NCBI GenBank assembly: GCA_036679605.1
Contig: JAZDCZ010000040.1
Span: 16,545-80,544, forward strand
Length of the DNA: 64,000 nucleotides
Direction of reading: 5' to 3'
DNA from: Gemmatimonadota bacterium
GTDB lineage: Bacteria; Gemmatimonadota; Gemmatimonadetes; Gemmatimonadales; GWC2-71-9
A program made the position numbers and the translations under genes. How positions within the stretch are numbered: position 1 is the first letter of the stretch; every line of letters begins with the position of its first letter. The notes below the pieces were generated by a model. The model worked only from the letters and a program-made list of their open reading frames with translations. It was not told the origin of the DNA and made no database searches. Below are positions 26,794 to 36,733 of the stretch, piece after piece.

Positions 26794-28298
26794 CTAAGAA
26801 TCTCTTGAGTAGCAGCCTGCGGGCGACGATAGCGCTCGCTGGAATGGGCGTGATCGGATGTTCCGGCGCATCCGTGGCTCCGGGAGGACTCGAGCCGCTG
26901 GCATCGCCCGCGCCCACCACCTCGACTCCGGTGGCGATTACACCGTCGGCGGCGACGGCGGAAGATTCTGCGGCGGACATCGAAACTCTGCAGGCTCTAA
27001 GGGCGCTGGAGTTTCACGGTCTTGCCAAAGGGGCTGGTCACGTGCGGGGCAGTTTCGCTCCGCCCAACGTCAGGCCTGAAACCGTTCCCCTCGCGCCGCG
27101 GGGCGGAGCGGCGAGCGCCCGGCCCACATACGACATCGATGTCGAATCCTTCGCCAGTCACGACCGTGTGGAATACTTCGTGAGATTCTTCCAGGACGAG
27201 GCGCGAGATCGGTTCGCCATCTGGCTGGGTCGATTGAATCGTTACGAAGGCATGATACGGGCTCGATTCGCCGCTCTGGGTGTCCCAGAAGACCTCGTCT
27301 ACATCGGGATGATCGAAAGCGGTTACAGTAACACTGCCGTGTCGCGCGCCAACGCGGTTGGCATGTGGCAGTTCATGGCGGCGACTGCACCTCGGTACGG
27401 GGTGACGGTGAACGAGTGGGTGGACGAGAGGCGAGATCCGTTCAAGTCAACGGACGCTGCGGCCCAGTATCTGGCGGATCACAACGATCGCTTTGGATCG
27501 TGGTACCTGGCGGCGGCGGCCTACAACGGTGGTGGCGGTCGTGTGTCGCGGGGGTTGCGACGTCTGTCGAGGCAAGGCGATTCCATTGCATCGGACGAGA
27601 CGTTTTTCCGGCTCTCAGACCGACGGTATCTGAGGCGCGAGACAAGAGATTACGTGCCAAAGCTGATAGCCGCCGCCATTATAGCGAAGGATCCCGTCCG
27701 ATTCGGCTTCGACAGCATACCATATCTCCAGCCGTTGGTCTTCGACGAGATTAGCGTGCCGGATGCCACTGGGTTGGACGTGCTGGCGCGACTGGCCGAC
27801 ACGACTACGAGAGCGATGGTAGAACTCAATCCCAAGTACTACAGGGGCGTGACGCCGCCTGGTGGGACGTCGATAGTGAGAGTGCCTCGTGGTTCGGGCA
27901 GTCTGGTGGCCCGGCGTTATGCCGAGCTTCCAGCGACCGAGCGGGTCAACTTCCTCGCGCATAAGATCAAGCGAGGTGAGACGCTGGGTAGGATCGGCAA
28001 GCGGTACAGAATCGAGGTTCGCTATCTGATCGCAGCGAACCCGGGCATCAAACCACGACGGCTCAGAATAGGGCAACGGCTCGTGATTCCGGTCAGTGTT
28101 GCTGCCCAGGCCAGGCCGCGTTCCGCGCCGCGAGTTCTCCGTACTGGCACTGGGCGCTATCACACAGTTAGGTGGGGAGAAAGCCTGTCTGTGATCGCGC
28201 GTCGTTTTGGCGTTCGAGTCAGCGATTTGAGGCGATGGAACGACATGAATCCGGGCGACATACTCCGATCGGGGTCGCGGTTGATCGTACGTCGGTAG
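26790..28298 (+). CDS. MltD-like lytic transglycosylase lipoprotein with two LysM domains
   Basis: Lipobox VIGC; IESGY, AVGMWQFM, VDERRDP, AAYNGG, ETRDYVPK; LysM HKIKRGETL and HTVRWGESLSVIARRFGV. Confidence 0.93.
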   Translation: MTKNLLSSSLRATIALAGMGVIGCSGASVAPGGLEPLASPAPTTSTPVAITPSAATAEDSAADIETLQALRALEFHGLAKGAGHVRGSFAPPNVRPETVPLAPRGGAASARPTYDIDVESFASHDRVEYFVRFFQDEARDRFAIWLGRLNRYEGMIRARFAALGVPEDLVYIGMIESGYSNTAVSRANAVGMWQFMAATAPRYGVTVNEWVDERRDPFKSTDAAAQYLADHNDRFGSWYLAAAAYNGGGGRVSRGLRRLSRQGDSIASDETFFRLSDRRYLRRETRDYVPKLIAAAIIAKDPVRFGFDSIPYLQPLVFDEISVPDATGLDVLARLADTTTRAMVELNPKYYRGVTPPGGTSIVRVPRGSGSLVARRYAELPATERVNFLAHKIKRGETLGRIGKRYRIEVRYLIAANPGIKPRRLRIGQRLVIPVSVAAQARPRSAPRVLRTGTGRYHTVRWGESLSVIARRFGVRVSDLRRWNDMNPGDILRSGSRLIVRR

Positions 28299-28311
28299 CC
28301 GGTCTTTCTAC

Positions 28312-29022
28312 TCAACCACCTCCGCTATAGCCTTCCATCAGCGTAGACGGATACCCGTTATCCGGATCCTGTCCAGCACGAATCAACTTGCGCACCTTGC
28401 TGGGTCCTCTGTTGTAAGCCAGTAGTGCCAAGTTCATGTCATCGTAGGTTTCGATCAGGTCTCTCAGATAGCGGAATCCTAGAGTGAGGTTGCGTTCCGG
28501 CTCGTAGAGTTGCTCGACGGTAACGTGTGGGTCGTAAAATCGAGCTGTCGCCACCTGAACTTGGGTCAGGCCGAACGCCTGAGCGCGGCTCCGCGCACGT
28601 ACATTGAACCCGCTCTCGACGTTCACGAGCCGGAATCCTAGTTCCGGTTGGATACCCTCGCGCAGCGCGGCATCGTAAACAAGCCCCGCCAGATCGGCCG
28701 GCACCCGGTACTTGGCCGAGTAGCCGAGTACCGATTCGGCCCGGCTGAGTCGGAGGAGTGTCAACTCCAGGTCGCCATCGGTGGTGTTGGTCTCAAGCCT
28801 GGGCAGGGCTCTCAGGACTGCCGTGCCGGTATATGTGTAAGTGTCACCCGAGTTTGCGGCCGTTGGCTCAGGAGCCCAGCCCCCAGTCAGAGTTCCCAGC
28901 GTCAGCAGCGCGGTGAACAAAAAACTCCCCCGAACCATGACACGTTGAGTTGCTGATAATCGATCTCGGTGCGATCGTGCGAACACGACCATCTTGGTTG
29001 TAAGTGATTTTGTGTCAACCAT
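28312..29022 (-). CDS. SLT-domain lytic transglycosylase
   Basis: VESGFN, AFGLTQV, NLTLGFRYL, ALLAYNRGP; N-terminal TM/signal segment. Confidence 0.88.
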   Translation of the reverse strand: MVDTKSLTTKMVVFARSHRDRLSATQRVMVRGSFLFTALLTLGTLTGGWAPEPTAANSGDTYTYTGTAVLRALPRLETNTTDGDLELTLLRLSRAESVLGYSAKYRVPADLAGLVYDAALREGIQPELGFRLVNVESGFNVRARSRAQAFGLTQVQVATARFYDPHVTVEQLYEPERNLTLGFRYLRDLIETYDDMNLALLAYNRGPSKVRKLIRAGQDPDNGYPSTLMEGYSGGG

Positions 29023-29038
29023 TTATAGGTATCCTCAT

Positions 29039-29533
29039 CTATTGTTTAGAGGTCGCCTCGACCGGCGGGGGCCAACTGCCCTTCGTGCCACCGGTTTTCT
29101 CCACGAGGCGGATCTCTCCGATTTCCATATCGTGTCCTACTGCCTTCACCATGTCGTATACGGTCAGGAGCGCGATCGACACGGCTGTCAGGGCCTCCAT
29201 TTCGACCCCCGTGCGGCCCGTGGCGCGGGCACTAGCCTCAATGCGGACCCCGGGAAGCAGAGGGTCCAACGAGGCTGTCACCTCTGAGTGGTCCAGGCTC
29301 ACCGGGTGGCAAAGCGGGATCAGATCGGGGGTGTGTTTGGCCCCCATCGTGCCCGCTAGCTCCGAGGTAGATAGAACGCTCCCTTTGGGTCCAGAGTTTC
29401 GCTCGACCATCTCGAATGCCTCATGTGACATCCGGATCAGACCTTGGGCCCGCGCCGTTCGCAGCGACTCGGGTTTGTCTCCGACATTCACCATTCTGGC
29501 CCGTCCTGCCGGGCCGACGTGGGACAGGGTCAA
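29039..29533 (-). CDS. moaC: Cyclic pyranopterin monophosphate synthase MoaC
   Basis: LSH...G.ARMVNVGDK, KGSVL, LIPLCHP, TGVEMEALTA, YDMVKAV, EKTGG. Confidence 0.96.
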   Translation of the reverse strand: MTLSHVGPAGRARMVNVGDKPESLRTARAQGLIRMSHEAFEMVERNSGPKGSVLSTSELAGTMGAKHTPDLIPLCHPVSLDHSEVTASLDPLLPGVRIEASARATGRTGVEMEALTAVSIALLTVYDMVKAVGHDMEIGEIRLVEKTGGTKGSWPPPVEATSKQ

Positions 29534-30585
29534 AGTAGGCGCTCCAAATCGCCCGCCAGAACCGCGAGGGCAAGCTGTGGGTTGGCATTCCCCTGCGCCT
29601 CGGCTCTCGTCTCCTGGACCCGCTCCAGCGCCCTTAGGGCCCCTTGAACGTTGTCACTCGTATCTGACTGCTCGATCAGGCGTTCTCGAAGCTCTACAGA
29701 CGCTGCATCGAGCATGGCCGTGAAGTCGCCACGCGCCCCCCATGGGGCCTGTGCCAGGCCTAGAGGTGCCCAGTCCACCACACCAGCCTTGGCGGTCTCG
29801 ATCAGTCGCCGGGCCCGTTCCGTCAGGCGGCTGTTGGAATCTTCCGTCCAGAGTGCCTTTCCGATGCTGCCCTCCGCCAGCAAGACGCGGCGCCGAAGCG
29901 CTGCGCCTTTGGGAGCCGGCTCGATCTCTTGGTGAAGAAACGCCTGCACCACGTCATCTGGCACACGGCCGACCCTGAGCGGTACTAGGCGGGATCTTAT
30001 GGTCGGCAGCAGAGCCTGTGGTTCTGATGCCGTCAGAATGATCACCGTATCGGCGGGCGGTTCCTCCAAGACTTTGAGGAGCGCGTTGGCCGCTTCCTGG
30101 CTGGCCTCTTGGACGACGAGACGCTCGGCGTCGCCGAGAATTATTACCTTCCGCGCCGCGGAAAACGGGGTAATGCCCGCAATCTGCTGGAGGAGCCGAA
30201 TGGACCCCAGGGAATGGCTAGTCATGCCCTCGGCACGAGAGTACAATGGCTTTGCTCGCCGTTCCGCCATAGCCTCGGCCAGGAGGCCCTTGGCCTCTTC
30301 GGTCCGCTTGCGGCGATCCGTTGCCTTCGGCCTCGGGATCGGGACGAACCAGTGCAGATCCGGATGCGACAGCCCGAGCACCTTGTGGCACGCGTTGCAC
30401 TCACCACAGGGCGCACCTGGGCCGCGATCGCAGAGGAGCCCCTGCGCTACCCACAATGCCAGACGTTGCTTGCCCACACCAGGGGCGCCAGAGAACAGCG
30501 CCGCTTGTGGGAACCGGCTGGAGGCGAGAGAGCCTGCCAGCCGGTGCAACAAGGCATCGTGCCCGTAAACTGGGCGTATTTTCAT
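29530..30585 (-). CDS. holB: DNA polymerase III subunit delta'
   Basis: LFSGAPGVGK, Zn module C..PCGECNAC, HPDLH, AANALLKVLEEPP, LLPTIRSR; ATG 30585. Confidence 0.92.
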   Translation of the reverse strand: MKIRPVYGHDALLHRLAGSLASSRFPQAALFSGAPGVGKQRLALWVAQGLLCDRGPGAPCGECNACHKVLGLSHPDLHWFVPIPRPKATDRRKRTEEAKGLLAEAMAERRAKPLYSRAEGMTSHSLGSIRLLQQIAGITPFSAARKVIILGDAERLVVQEASQEAANALLKVLEEPPADTVIILTASEPQALLPTIRSRLVPLRVGRVPDDVVQAFLHQEIEPAPKGAALRRRVLLAEGSIGKALWTEDSNSRLTERARRLIETAKAGVVDWAPLGLAQAPWGARGDFTAMLDAASVELRERLIEQSDTSDNVQGALRALERVQETRAEAQGNANPQLALAVLAGDLERLL

Positions 30586-30880
30586 AGTGCTCAAATCTAC
30601 CTGGCCTTGGTGATTTTGGGTACCCTGCACAGTGTAAGCTATTTGTTTATAAGATGTTAAACCCATTGCCGCCTGCCGGTCCAATGCTGCCAAGTAGGTT
30701 CATTTAATGAGTGAGCGCTCGCGCCATCTCTGGGTTGTTGTGAGTGGTTGCTCGCCTAATATGGACCACCTGGATGTCGTTCAACAGTATCGGTGTACCC
30801 TTTGGGAAACGTGTCGTCCGTTTAATGCAGACAGGGGCTGGATTGTGCGGATCTAGGCGAAACCGGGGACTCCTGACAGG

Positions 30881-31975
30881 CTACCTCCCCCGCCATATCC
30901 TCCACGTATCGATCACCTCGTCGTTGCGCGCGACGTGAAACTCGTCGAACTGCGCTACCGTTAGGCAGGAGTGATTTGGCAGGATCCTCACGACCGATCC
31001 GACGGGTAGCCGTGTGTTCACCTTGCCATGTTCCTGATTGACTGACATGACCCTGGTGTCCGGATCGAGTGTACCGCTACGGTAGTCGTCGAATACTTCA
31101 CCCATGGTCTGCTGCGGCGCGTCGCGTGGGCCCGGATCTTTGGACAGAGCCAATGCGCCGGCATCGACAATAGAGTGCCGAGAGCCGGGCTGTGATGACA
31201 CGACGCTCGTCATCACTGTCGCGGCACAGTCGCGCACGGTGCACGAGCCGATCACTGTCTGTGTGAAATCGTAGAGCGCGTAGTTGCCGGGTCTGGCCTC
31301 GGTCACACCTTCCAAGTGCTCGACGGCACTCATCGCCGGAGTAGACCCCACGCTCACACGGGATACGTCTATGCCCTCGGAACGCAGGTGATCGGCGAAC
31401 TCGACCATGATCCTGCGTTCCTCTTCTGCGACTTGACGCAACTGCTGCGCACCACGCGCCTCATAGGCATGTCCGGAGTGGGTTAGGATACCGTCGAACG
31501 TGAGTCGAGGTGACTCATGTATGTCACGCACCACGTTCAACGCTATCTCACTGTGCGGATCGACCCCTGCGCGGTGGAAACCGCAGTCTACCTTGAGCCA
31601 AACGTGGAACGGGTACCCGGTCACGCGCAGCCGTACCAGCGCGTCGGGCGAATCGACGACAATGCGCAGGGTCACTTGCTCCGCCAGCTCTCTGAGTTCG
31701 TTGATGCGGTTGAACATCACCGGAACCGCCCACGTGATGTCGTCGAACCCATGCTCGGCGAAGACCCTGGCCTCATGCAGAGTGGACACGGTTATTCCGG
31801 TCGCTCCCATTCTACGCTGCATCCGTCCGATCTCGATGCACTTGTGTGATTTGATATGCGGACGCAGAACCACTCCTAGTCGGCGCGCTCGCGCTGCCAT
31901 ACTTGCGAGATTCGTCTCCAGTATGTCGAGATCGAGGATCAGGGCCGGTGTTGGGAGATCGGCAATCTGCGTCAT
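30881..31975 (-). CDS. Fold-type III PLP enzyme (D-serine dehydratase/D-threonine aldolase family)
   Basis: LPTPAL, LRPHIKSHK, GFHRAGV, HSGHAY, SVGSTP, EARPGNY, DAGALALSKD, QEHG, PNHSC. Confidence 0.9.
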   Translation of the reverse strand: MTQIADLPTPALILDLDILETNLASMAARARRLGVVLRPHIKSHKCIEIGRMQRRMGATGITVSTLHEARVFAEHGFDDITWAVPVMFNRINELRELAEQVTLRIVVDSPDALVRLRVTGYPFHVWLKVDCGFHRAGVDPHSEIALNVVRDIHESPRLTFDGILTHSGHAYEARGAQQLRQVAEEERRIMVEFADHLRSEGIDVSRVSVGSTPAMSAVEHLEGVTEARPGNYALYDFTQTVIGSCTVRDCAATVMTSVVSSQPGSRHSIVDAGALALSKDPGPRDAPQQTMGEVFDDYRSGTLDPDTRVMSVNQEHGKVNTRLPVGSVVRILPNHSCLTVAQFDEFHVARNDEVIDTWRIWRGR

Positions 31976-32105
31976 GTGTCCGTCTCGGTGCACGGTGCCT
32001 TAGGGTAACGGTTCATGAGACGCACGGTACTACAGTTTATGAAGTGAAGAAAGGGGATGGCGGCGCGTCCTTCCCATGCAGGGTTCTTTCTGTAGAATCC
32101 GTGTC

Positions 32106-33557
32106 ATGGAGCCACCACTGCAGATCGAACAAGAGACCGCCCAAGTTGGACCATTGGAGCTTTCCGGTGAACAGATGCGGCTACTGGTTGACGCCGCAAT
32201 GCAGAGAATAATCCCTCATATCGATTCACTTGCTAACCAACCGTCGGCGTACGCACACCGCGAGAGTGAACTCGCCCGATCGCTCATCGAATCGCTGCCG
32301 GAAAAGGGAGAGCAGCTCGACGATCTGCTCGATATGTTGTTCGAGCGAGTCATTCCCGAGAGTTTCAATACTGCCGGGCCGGGTTATCTGGCATACATAC
32401 CGGGTGGTGGAGTCCTGCACGCCGCTGTTGCGGATCTTATCGCGAGTGCTGTCAATCGGTATGTCGGTGTGTTTGTTGCCGCGCCAGGACTATCTCAACT
32501 CGAAGCCAACGTCATCCGCTGGTTTTGCGAGATCGTGGGATTCGGCAAAGGATCGGTCGGTTTCCTCACGAGTGGCGGATCGTTAGCCAATTTTTCTGCG
32601 GTAGTGACGGCACGAAGAGAACTGCTGCCGGAGAATTTTCTTTCGGGGACCATCTACGCCTCCGATCAGACCCATCACTCGGTGATGAAGGCTGCAGTAC
32701 TTGCTGGTTTCCCCGAGGGCAATGTACGGATGATTCCGTCGGACGACCTGTTTCGGATTCGATTGGATGCGTTACAGGATCGTATTGCAGCAGACAGGTC
32801 GCGAGGCGAAGTGCCCTTCATGCTGGTTGGCAGCGCTGGGACGACCAACACCGGTGCCGTGGACGAACTCGACAAACTGGCCGACGTGGCGGGGCAGCAT
32901 GGTATGTGGTTCCATGTGGACGCGGCGTACGGTGGGTTCTTCATGCTGACACAACGGGGCCGAGAAAAGTTGAGGGGAATCGAACGGTCTCATTCGGTAA
33001 CGCTCGATCCTCACAAGGGTCTGTTTATGCCGTACGGATCGGGTTCGCTGCTGGTCAGGGACGGAGATGCGTTGCGGCGTGCCCACGCGATCGAGGCTGA
33101 CTATCTCCCGCGAATGCAGGAAGAAGAAGACTTGGTTGATTTCTGCCAGGTCTCACCCGAACTGTCTCGCCCGTTTAGGGGCCTCGCCATCTGGCTTCCG
33201 ATAAAGATGCACGGCGTTGAACCGTTTCGAACGAACTTGGATGAGAAACTGGATCTGACCGAGTGGGCCACCGAGCAACTTCGTCAGATCGAGGGAATCG
33301 AGATCGTCGCCGAGCCGCAGCTATCGATAGTGGCGTTTAGGCTGTTGCGTCCAGGAGCGGGTCGAGACGAGCTGAACCGACTCAACCGTCAGTTTATCGA
33401 CCGCATCAACGCTAGGAAGCGGATCTACCTGACCGGCACCGTTCTCGACGAACTCTTCACGCTCCGGATCTGCGTGCTGTCCTTCAGAACGCATATGGAT
33501 CGGATGAAGGAGGGCTTGGGTGACATCAAGGCCGCAGCAGCAGAGAGTCTGCGGTGA
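32106..33557 (+). CDS. Group II PLP-dependent decarboxylase (aromatic amino acid/glutamate decarboxylase family)
   Basis: SGGSLAN, HHSVMKAA, AGTTNTGAVD, HVDAAYGG, DPHKGL (PLP Lys), PELSRPFR. Confidence 0.93.
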   Translation: MEPPLQIEQETAQVGPLELSGEQMRLLVDAAMQRIIPHIDSLANQPSAYAHRESELARSLIESLPEKGEQLDDLLDMLFERVIPESFNTAGPGYLAYIPGGGVLHAAVADLIASAVNRYVGVFVAAPGLSQLEANVIRWFCEIVGFGKGSVGFLTSGGSLANFSAVVTARRELLPENFLSGTIYASDQTHHSVMKAAVLAGFPEGNVRMIPSDDLFRIRLDALQDRIAADRSRGEVPFMLVGSAGTTNTGAVDELDKLADVAGQHGMWFHVDAAYGGFFMLTQRGREKLRGIERSHSVTLDPHKGLFMPYGSGSLLVRDGDALRRAHAIEADYLPRMQEEEDLVDFCQVSPELSRPFRGLAIWLPIKMHGVEPFRTNLDEKLDLTEWATEQLRQIEGIEIVAEPQLSIVAFRLLRPGAGRDELNRLNRQFIDRINARKRIYLTGTVLDELFTLRICVLSFRTHMDRMKEGLGDIKAAAAESLR

Positions 33558-33673
33558 GCACCGCGCGGGTAGAACTCAAACGTTCGCTGAGACGGGTCTG
33601 AGCACGTAGTTTTCCTCCCGTGCGAAATATTTTTCCAACACCTATTCGAATTGGTAGCCTCCAGGAGTATTTT

Positions 33674-36283
33674 ATGAAATCGAGCGGCGTCTCATCCCGA
33701 TTAACTTCCTTGTTGCTTGCCCTGACCGTCGTCTTTCCCTCTCTGGTACGGGGTCAGCAGATCCCGTCACCCGAATCCTTCTTCGGATTCCAGATGGGCG
33801 CCGACCGGAAGCTCGCGCGCTGGGACAAACTGGTCGAGTACTACAACCTCCTGGGCGATCAGAGTCCAAGGCTCGAAGTCGTGAACATGGGCCCCACGAC
33901 GCTGGGGAACCCGTTCCTCGCGTTGTACATCTCGTCGCCCGACAATCTGGCCCGATTGGAAGAGTTCAAGCAGTTGAACGCGAAGCTTAGCGATCCGCGC
34001 GGAGTGCCTGAGGCCGAGGTCGATAGAGCCATAGCCGAGGGTCGGGTCGTAGTGGTCCAGTCGATGGGGCTCCACTCGTCGGAGGTGGGCGCGAGCCAGA
34101 TGGCCGCGGAGTTGATATACGACATGGTGACGCGCAACGATCAGGAGATGCTGCGAATTCTGGACAACACGATTGCCATCATGATTCCGGCCTTTAACCC
34201 CGATGGCGAGATCATGGTCACCGACTGGTACAATGAGACCGTGGGGACGGAGTACGAGGGTGTGGGTCTGCCATGGCTGTATCACCACTACATCGGCCAC
34301 GACAACAACCGCGACGCGTTCATGCAGAATACGATCGAGTCTTTTTACGGCGCAGAGATATTGTTCCGTGAGTGGTTTCCCCAGGCCTACATCGATCACC
34401 ACCAGATGGGAGCCTACGGTGCCAGAATCTACGTACCGCCTTACGCGGAGCCGGTACGTCCTGAAGGCGACCCGTTGGTGTGGCGAGAGATGAGTTGGTA
34501 CGGTGCCCACATCGCCTACAAAGAGGAAGAGGAGGGGAAGTCTGGTGTTGTAAACGCAGCGATTTACTCTGGTTGGGGTCACTTCGGTTTCCACTGGATC
34601 ACTCCGTTCCACAACATCGCGGGAATGCTCACCGAGTCGGCTAGTGCAAGGCTCGCGACACCACTGTTCCTGCATCCCGATCAGTTACAAGGCTCCCGGC
34701 GCGGCATGCCGGAATACGAAGAGCAGACGACGTTTCCAAATCCGTGGCCCGGTGGTTGGTGGCGCGTGCGCGACATCGTCGAACAGCAGAAGATCGCCGC
34801 GATCGCGGCACTCGACATCGCTGCGCGAAACCGGGCGACCGTACTCAAGAACGCCTATCTCAAGGCCCAGCGGCAGACGGATCGTGGAGCAGCCGGTAAG
34901 CCGGCCGCGTTCGTCATACCGGCCGCGCAACATGACCTGCTCACCACGAAAAAGATGGTGAACAAGCTGCTCGGTCAGGGGATCGACGTGCGACAGGCAT
35001 CAGCTGGGTTCACGCACGAGGGGCGCGTGTATGATCCCGGTACGTTCGTCGTAACGATGGCGCAACCTAAACGCGGCGTCATCCGCTGGCTGCTCGGCCG
35101 GACATTCTATCCCGACAATTCATACACCCGCGACCGGGAGGGCAATCCGATCCGTCCGTACGACATGTCGACAGACAACATTGCCGAGTACATGGGCGTT
35201 AGGGTGGACCCGGTCGACGCAATGGTTGAGGCGAACCTGGTTAGCGTGACCGACACGATTGATCCGTCCGGGCAGGTGACAAAAGGTCGCTACGGTTATG
35301 TGCTTGACGGGCGTCTCAACGACAGCTTCAGAGCGGTGAACCTTCTGTGGGACAAGAAAGTCACGCTGCGGCGTGTAGATCGTGCATCCGTCGCTTTGCA
35401 TCCGGGCGATTTCATCGTCTCCGCATCGGCGCCGGATGCACTGGTTAGCGAAGTGGCAAATGTGACTGGTGTGGACTTCGACGCGCTCGATGCCGATCCG
35501 TCAGGAGTTACCAGCCCGCTCGAACGCCGGCGGGTTGGGATGTATCAACGGTACTTCGGCGGAAACATCGACGAGGGATGGACCCGTTGGTTGCTGGAAC
35601 ATTTCAAGTTTCCGTACACCACCCTCAAAGATGCCGAGATCAAAGACAGCAAGTTGAGTGACAAGTACGATGTGATCATTCTCCCGGCCGATAACATTGC
35701 GCGGATGACGGGCGAGAGGCCGTCCGGTCGCGCGAGTGGAAGATTCTTCGGTGGTGGTCCCGATGCATATCCGCCGGAGTATCGCAGCGGGTTCGGGCAG
35801 GAGGGCGTCGACGCGCTGGAGGCCTTCGTAGAGAATGGCGGCACACTACTGACGTTCGCCGAGGCTAGCTCGCTTCCGATCGAGAAATTCGGCTTGCCGA
35901 TCCGCAATGTGGTGGCCAATGTGCCGTCTAGGGAGTTCTGGTCACCCGGATCGACGCTCAGAGTGAAGGTCGACAACACAAACCCACTTGCGTACGGCAT
36001 GCCGGGCGATGCGCTTGCGTTGTTCCTCAACAGCAATCAGGCGTACCGGATCCTCCCCAGCGACAGGAACCATCGCATCGAGCGGATCGTGACGTTCGTG
36101 GATCGCGACATCATGCAGAGTGGATGGCTGATAGGCGAAGACGTGATCGCCGAGAAGGCGGCGATGGTGTCGGTGGGGCACGGTCAGGGGAAGGTCGTGA
36201 TGATCGGTTTCCGGGCGCAGCACCGGGCGCAGACGCACGGCACCTTCAAGCTGGTCTTCAATGCGCTGGTGATGGGGCGGTAG
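33674..36283 (+). CDS. Secreted M14 zinc carboxypeptidase-family protein with C-terminal glutamine-amidotransferase-like domain
   Basis: Signal peptide; HSSE zinc motif, NPDG, HDNNRD, DHHQMG; C-terminal DEGWTRW, FVENGGTL, RAQTHGTFKL. Confidence 0.9.
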   Translation: MKSSGVSSRLTSLLLALTVVFPSLVRGQQIPSPESFFGFQMGADRKLARWDKLVEYYNLLGDQSPRLEVVNMGPTTLGNPFLALYISSPDNLARLEEFKQLNAKLSDPRGVPEAEVDRAIAEGRVVVVQSMGLHSSEVGASQMAAELIYDMVTRNDQEMLRILDNTIAIMIPAFNPDGEIMVTDWYNETVGTEYEGVGLPWLYHHYIGHDNNRDAFMQNTIESFYGAEILFREWFPQAYIDHHQMGAYGARIYVPPYAEPVRPEGDPLVWREMSWYGAHIAYKEEEEGKSGVVNAAIYSGWGHFGFHWITPFHNIAGMLTESASARLATPLFLHPDQLQGSRRGMPEYEEQTTFPNPWPGGWWRVRDIVEQQKIAAIAALDIAARNRATVLKNAYLKAQRQTDRGAAGKPAAFVIPAAQHDLLTTKKMVNKLLGQGIDVRQASAGFTHEGRVYDPGTFVVTMAQPKRGVIRWLLGRTFYPDNSYTRDREGNPIRPYDMSTDNIAEYMGVRVDPVDAMVEANLVSVTDTIDPSGQVTKGRYGYVLDGRLNDSFRAVNLLWDKKVTLRRVDRASVALHPGDFIVSASAPDALVSEVANVTGVDFDALDADPSGVTSPLERRRVGMYQRYFGGNIDEGWTRWLLEHFKFPYTTLKDAEIKDSKLSDKYDVIILPADNIARMTGERPSGRASGRFFGGGPDAYPPEYRSGFGQEGVDALEAFVENGGTLLTFAEASSLPIEKFGLPIRNVVANVPSREFWSPGSTLRVKVDNTNPLAYGMPGDALALFLNSNQAYRILPSDRNHRIERIVTFVDRDIMQSGWLIGEDVIAEKAAMVSVGHGQGKVVMIGFRAQHRAQTHGTFKLVFNALVMGR

Positions 36284-36393
36284 AACACAAAGACGGTAGG
36301 AAAAGGGCGGTAAAACTGGGCGGTAGAAAAGGCGGTAGGAACTGAGGCGGTAGGAGAAGAGGCGGTAGAACTGGACGGTAGGACAACCTACCG
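36276..36393 (+). repeat. Eight degenerate GRCGGTARRA units with 12-16 nt spacing, ending in a hairpin
   Basis: Units start at 36276, 36292, 36306, 36319, 36331, 36346, 36361 and 36374; final CGGTAGG-ACAA-CCTACCG. Confidence 0.85.
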
Positions 36394-36436
36394 GTGAGTG
36401 GTTGCGCCGGCGATTCATAAAATCATATGGTGAGAT

Positions 36437-36571
36437 ATGAAATACGAATCCAAAGGAACGACAAGCCCGCTCCGTGCACTGATTGGACTCGTCCGGCACA
36501 GGATGGATGTAGAGCGGTACCTTGATGAGGCGAGGGGTCCAGGATGGAGTGCGGAGCTGGACGAGGCATGA
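36437..36571 (+). CDS. 44-aa internally deleted paralogue of the AbrB antitoxin at 41425
   Basis: MKYESKGTTSPLRALIGLVRHRMDVERYLDEARGPGWSAELDEA matches MKYAFK...DPLRGLLGRVRLKMDVDKYLEEARGPRWSAELDEE. Confidence 0.65.
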   Translation: MKYESKGTTSPLRALIGLVRHRMDVERYLDEARGPGWSAELDEA

Positions 36572-36662
36572 CCACCGCCGCTCGACAGCTTGGAGAACCT
36601 AGTCGAAGCGTAGCCGAATGCGGAGCGATCGTACTGCGCCGCACTTGCGATCGTATGTCCGG
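36568..36662 (+). pseudogene. Frameshifted, truncated vapC relic
   Basis: DNA similarity to 41688 onward (ATGACCACCGCCGCTCGACAGC vs ATGATCACCGCTGTCGACAGC; CCTAGTCGAAG shared) with indels. Confidence 0.75.
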
Positions 36663-36733
36663 AGCCCCATCCTGTCAGACAAAGACATACTACGCCGGTG
36701 GTTCTGGGACCCCGCCGCCGTACTGACGCCGTG

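Noticed and set aside
30635..30662. Chromosomal dif site
   Set aside because: Only the ATGTTAAA part resembles a XerD arm; no XerC arm with a 6-bp spacer. Kept only as part of the 25-bp motif finding.
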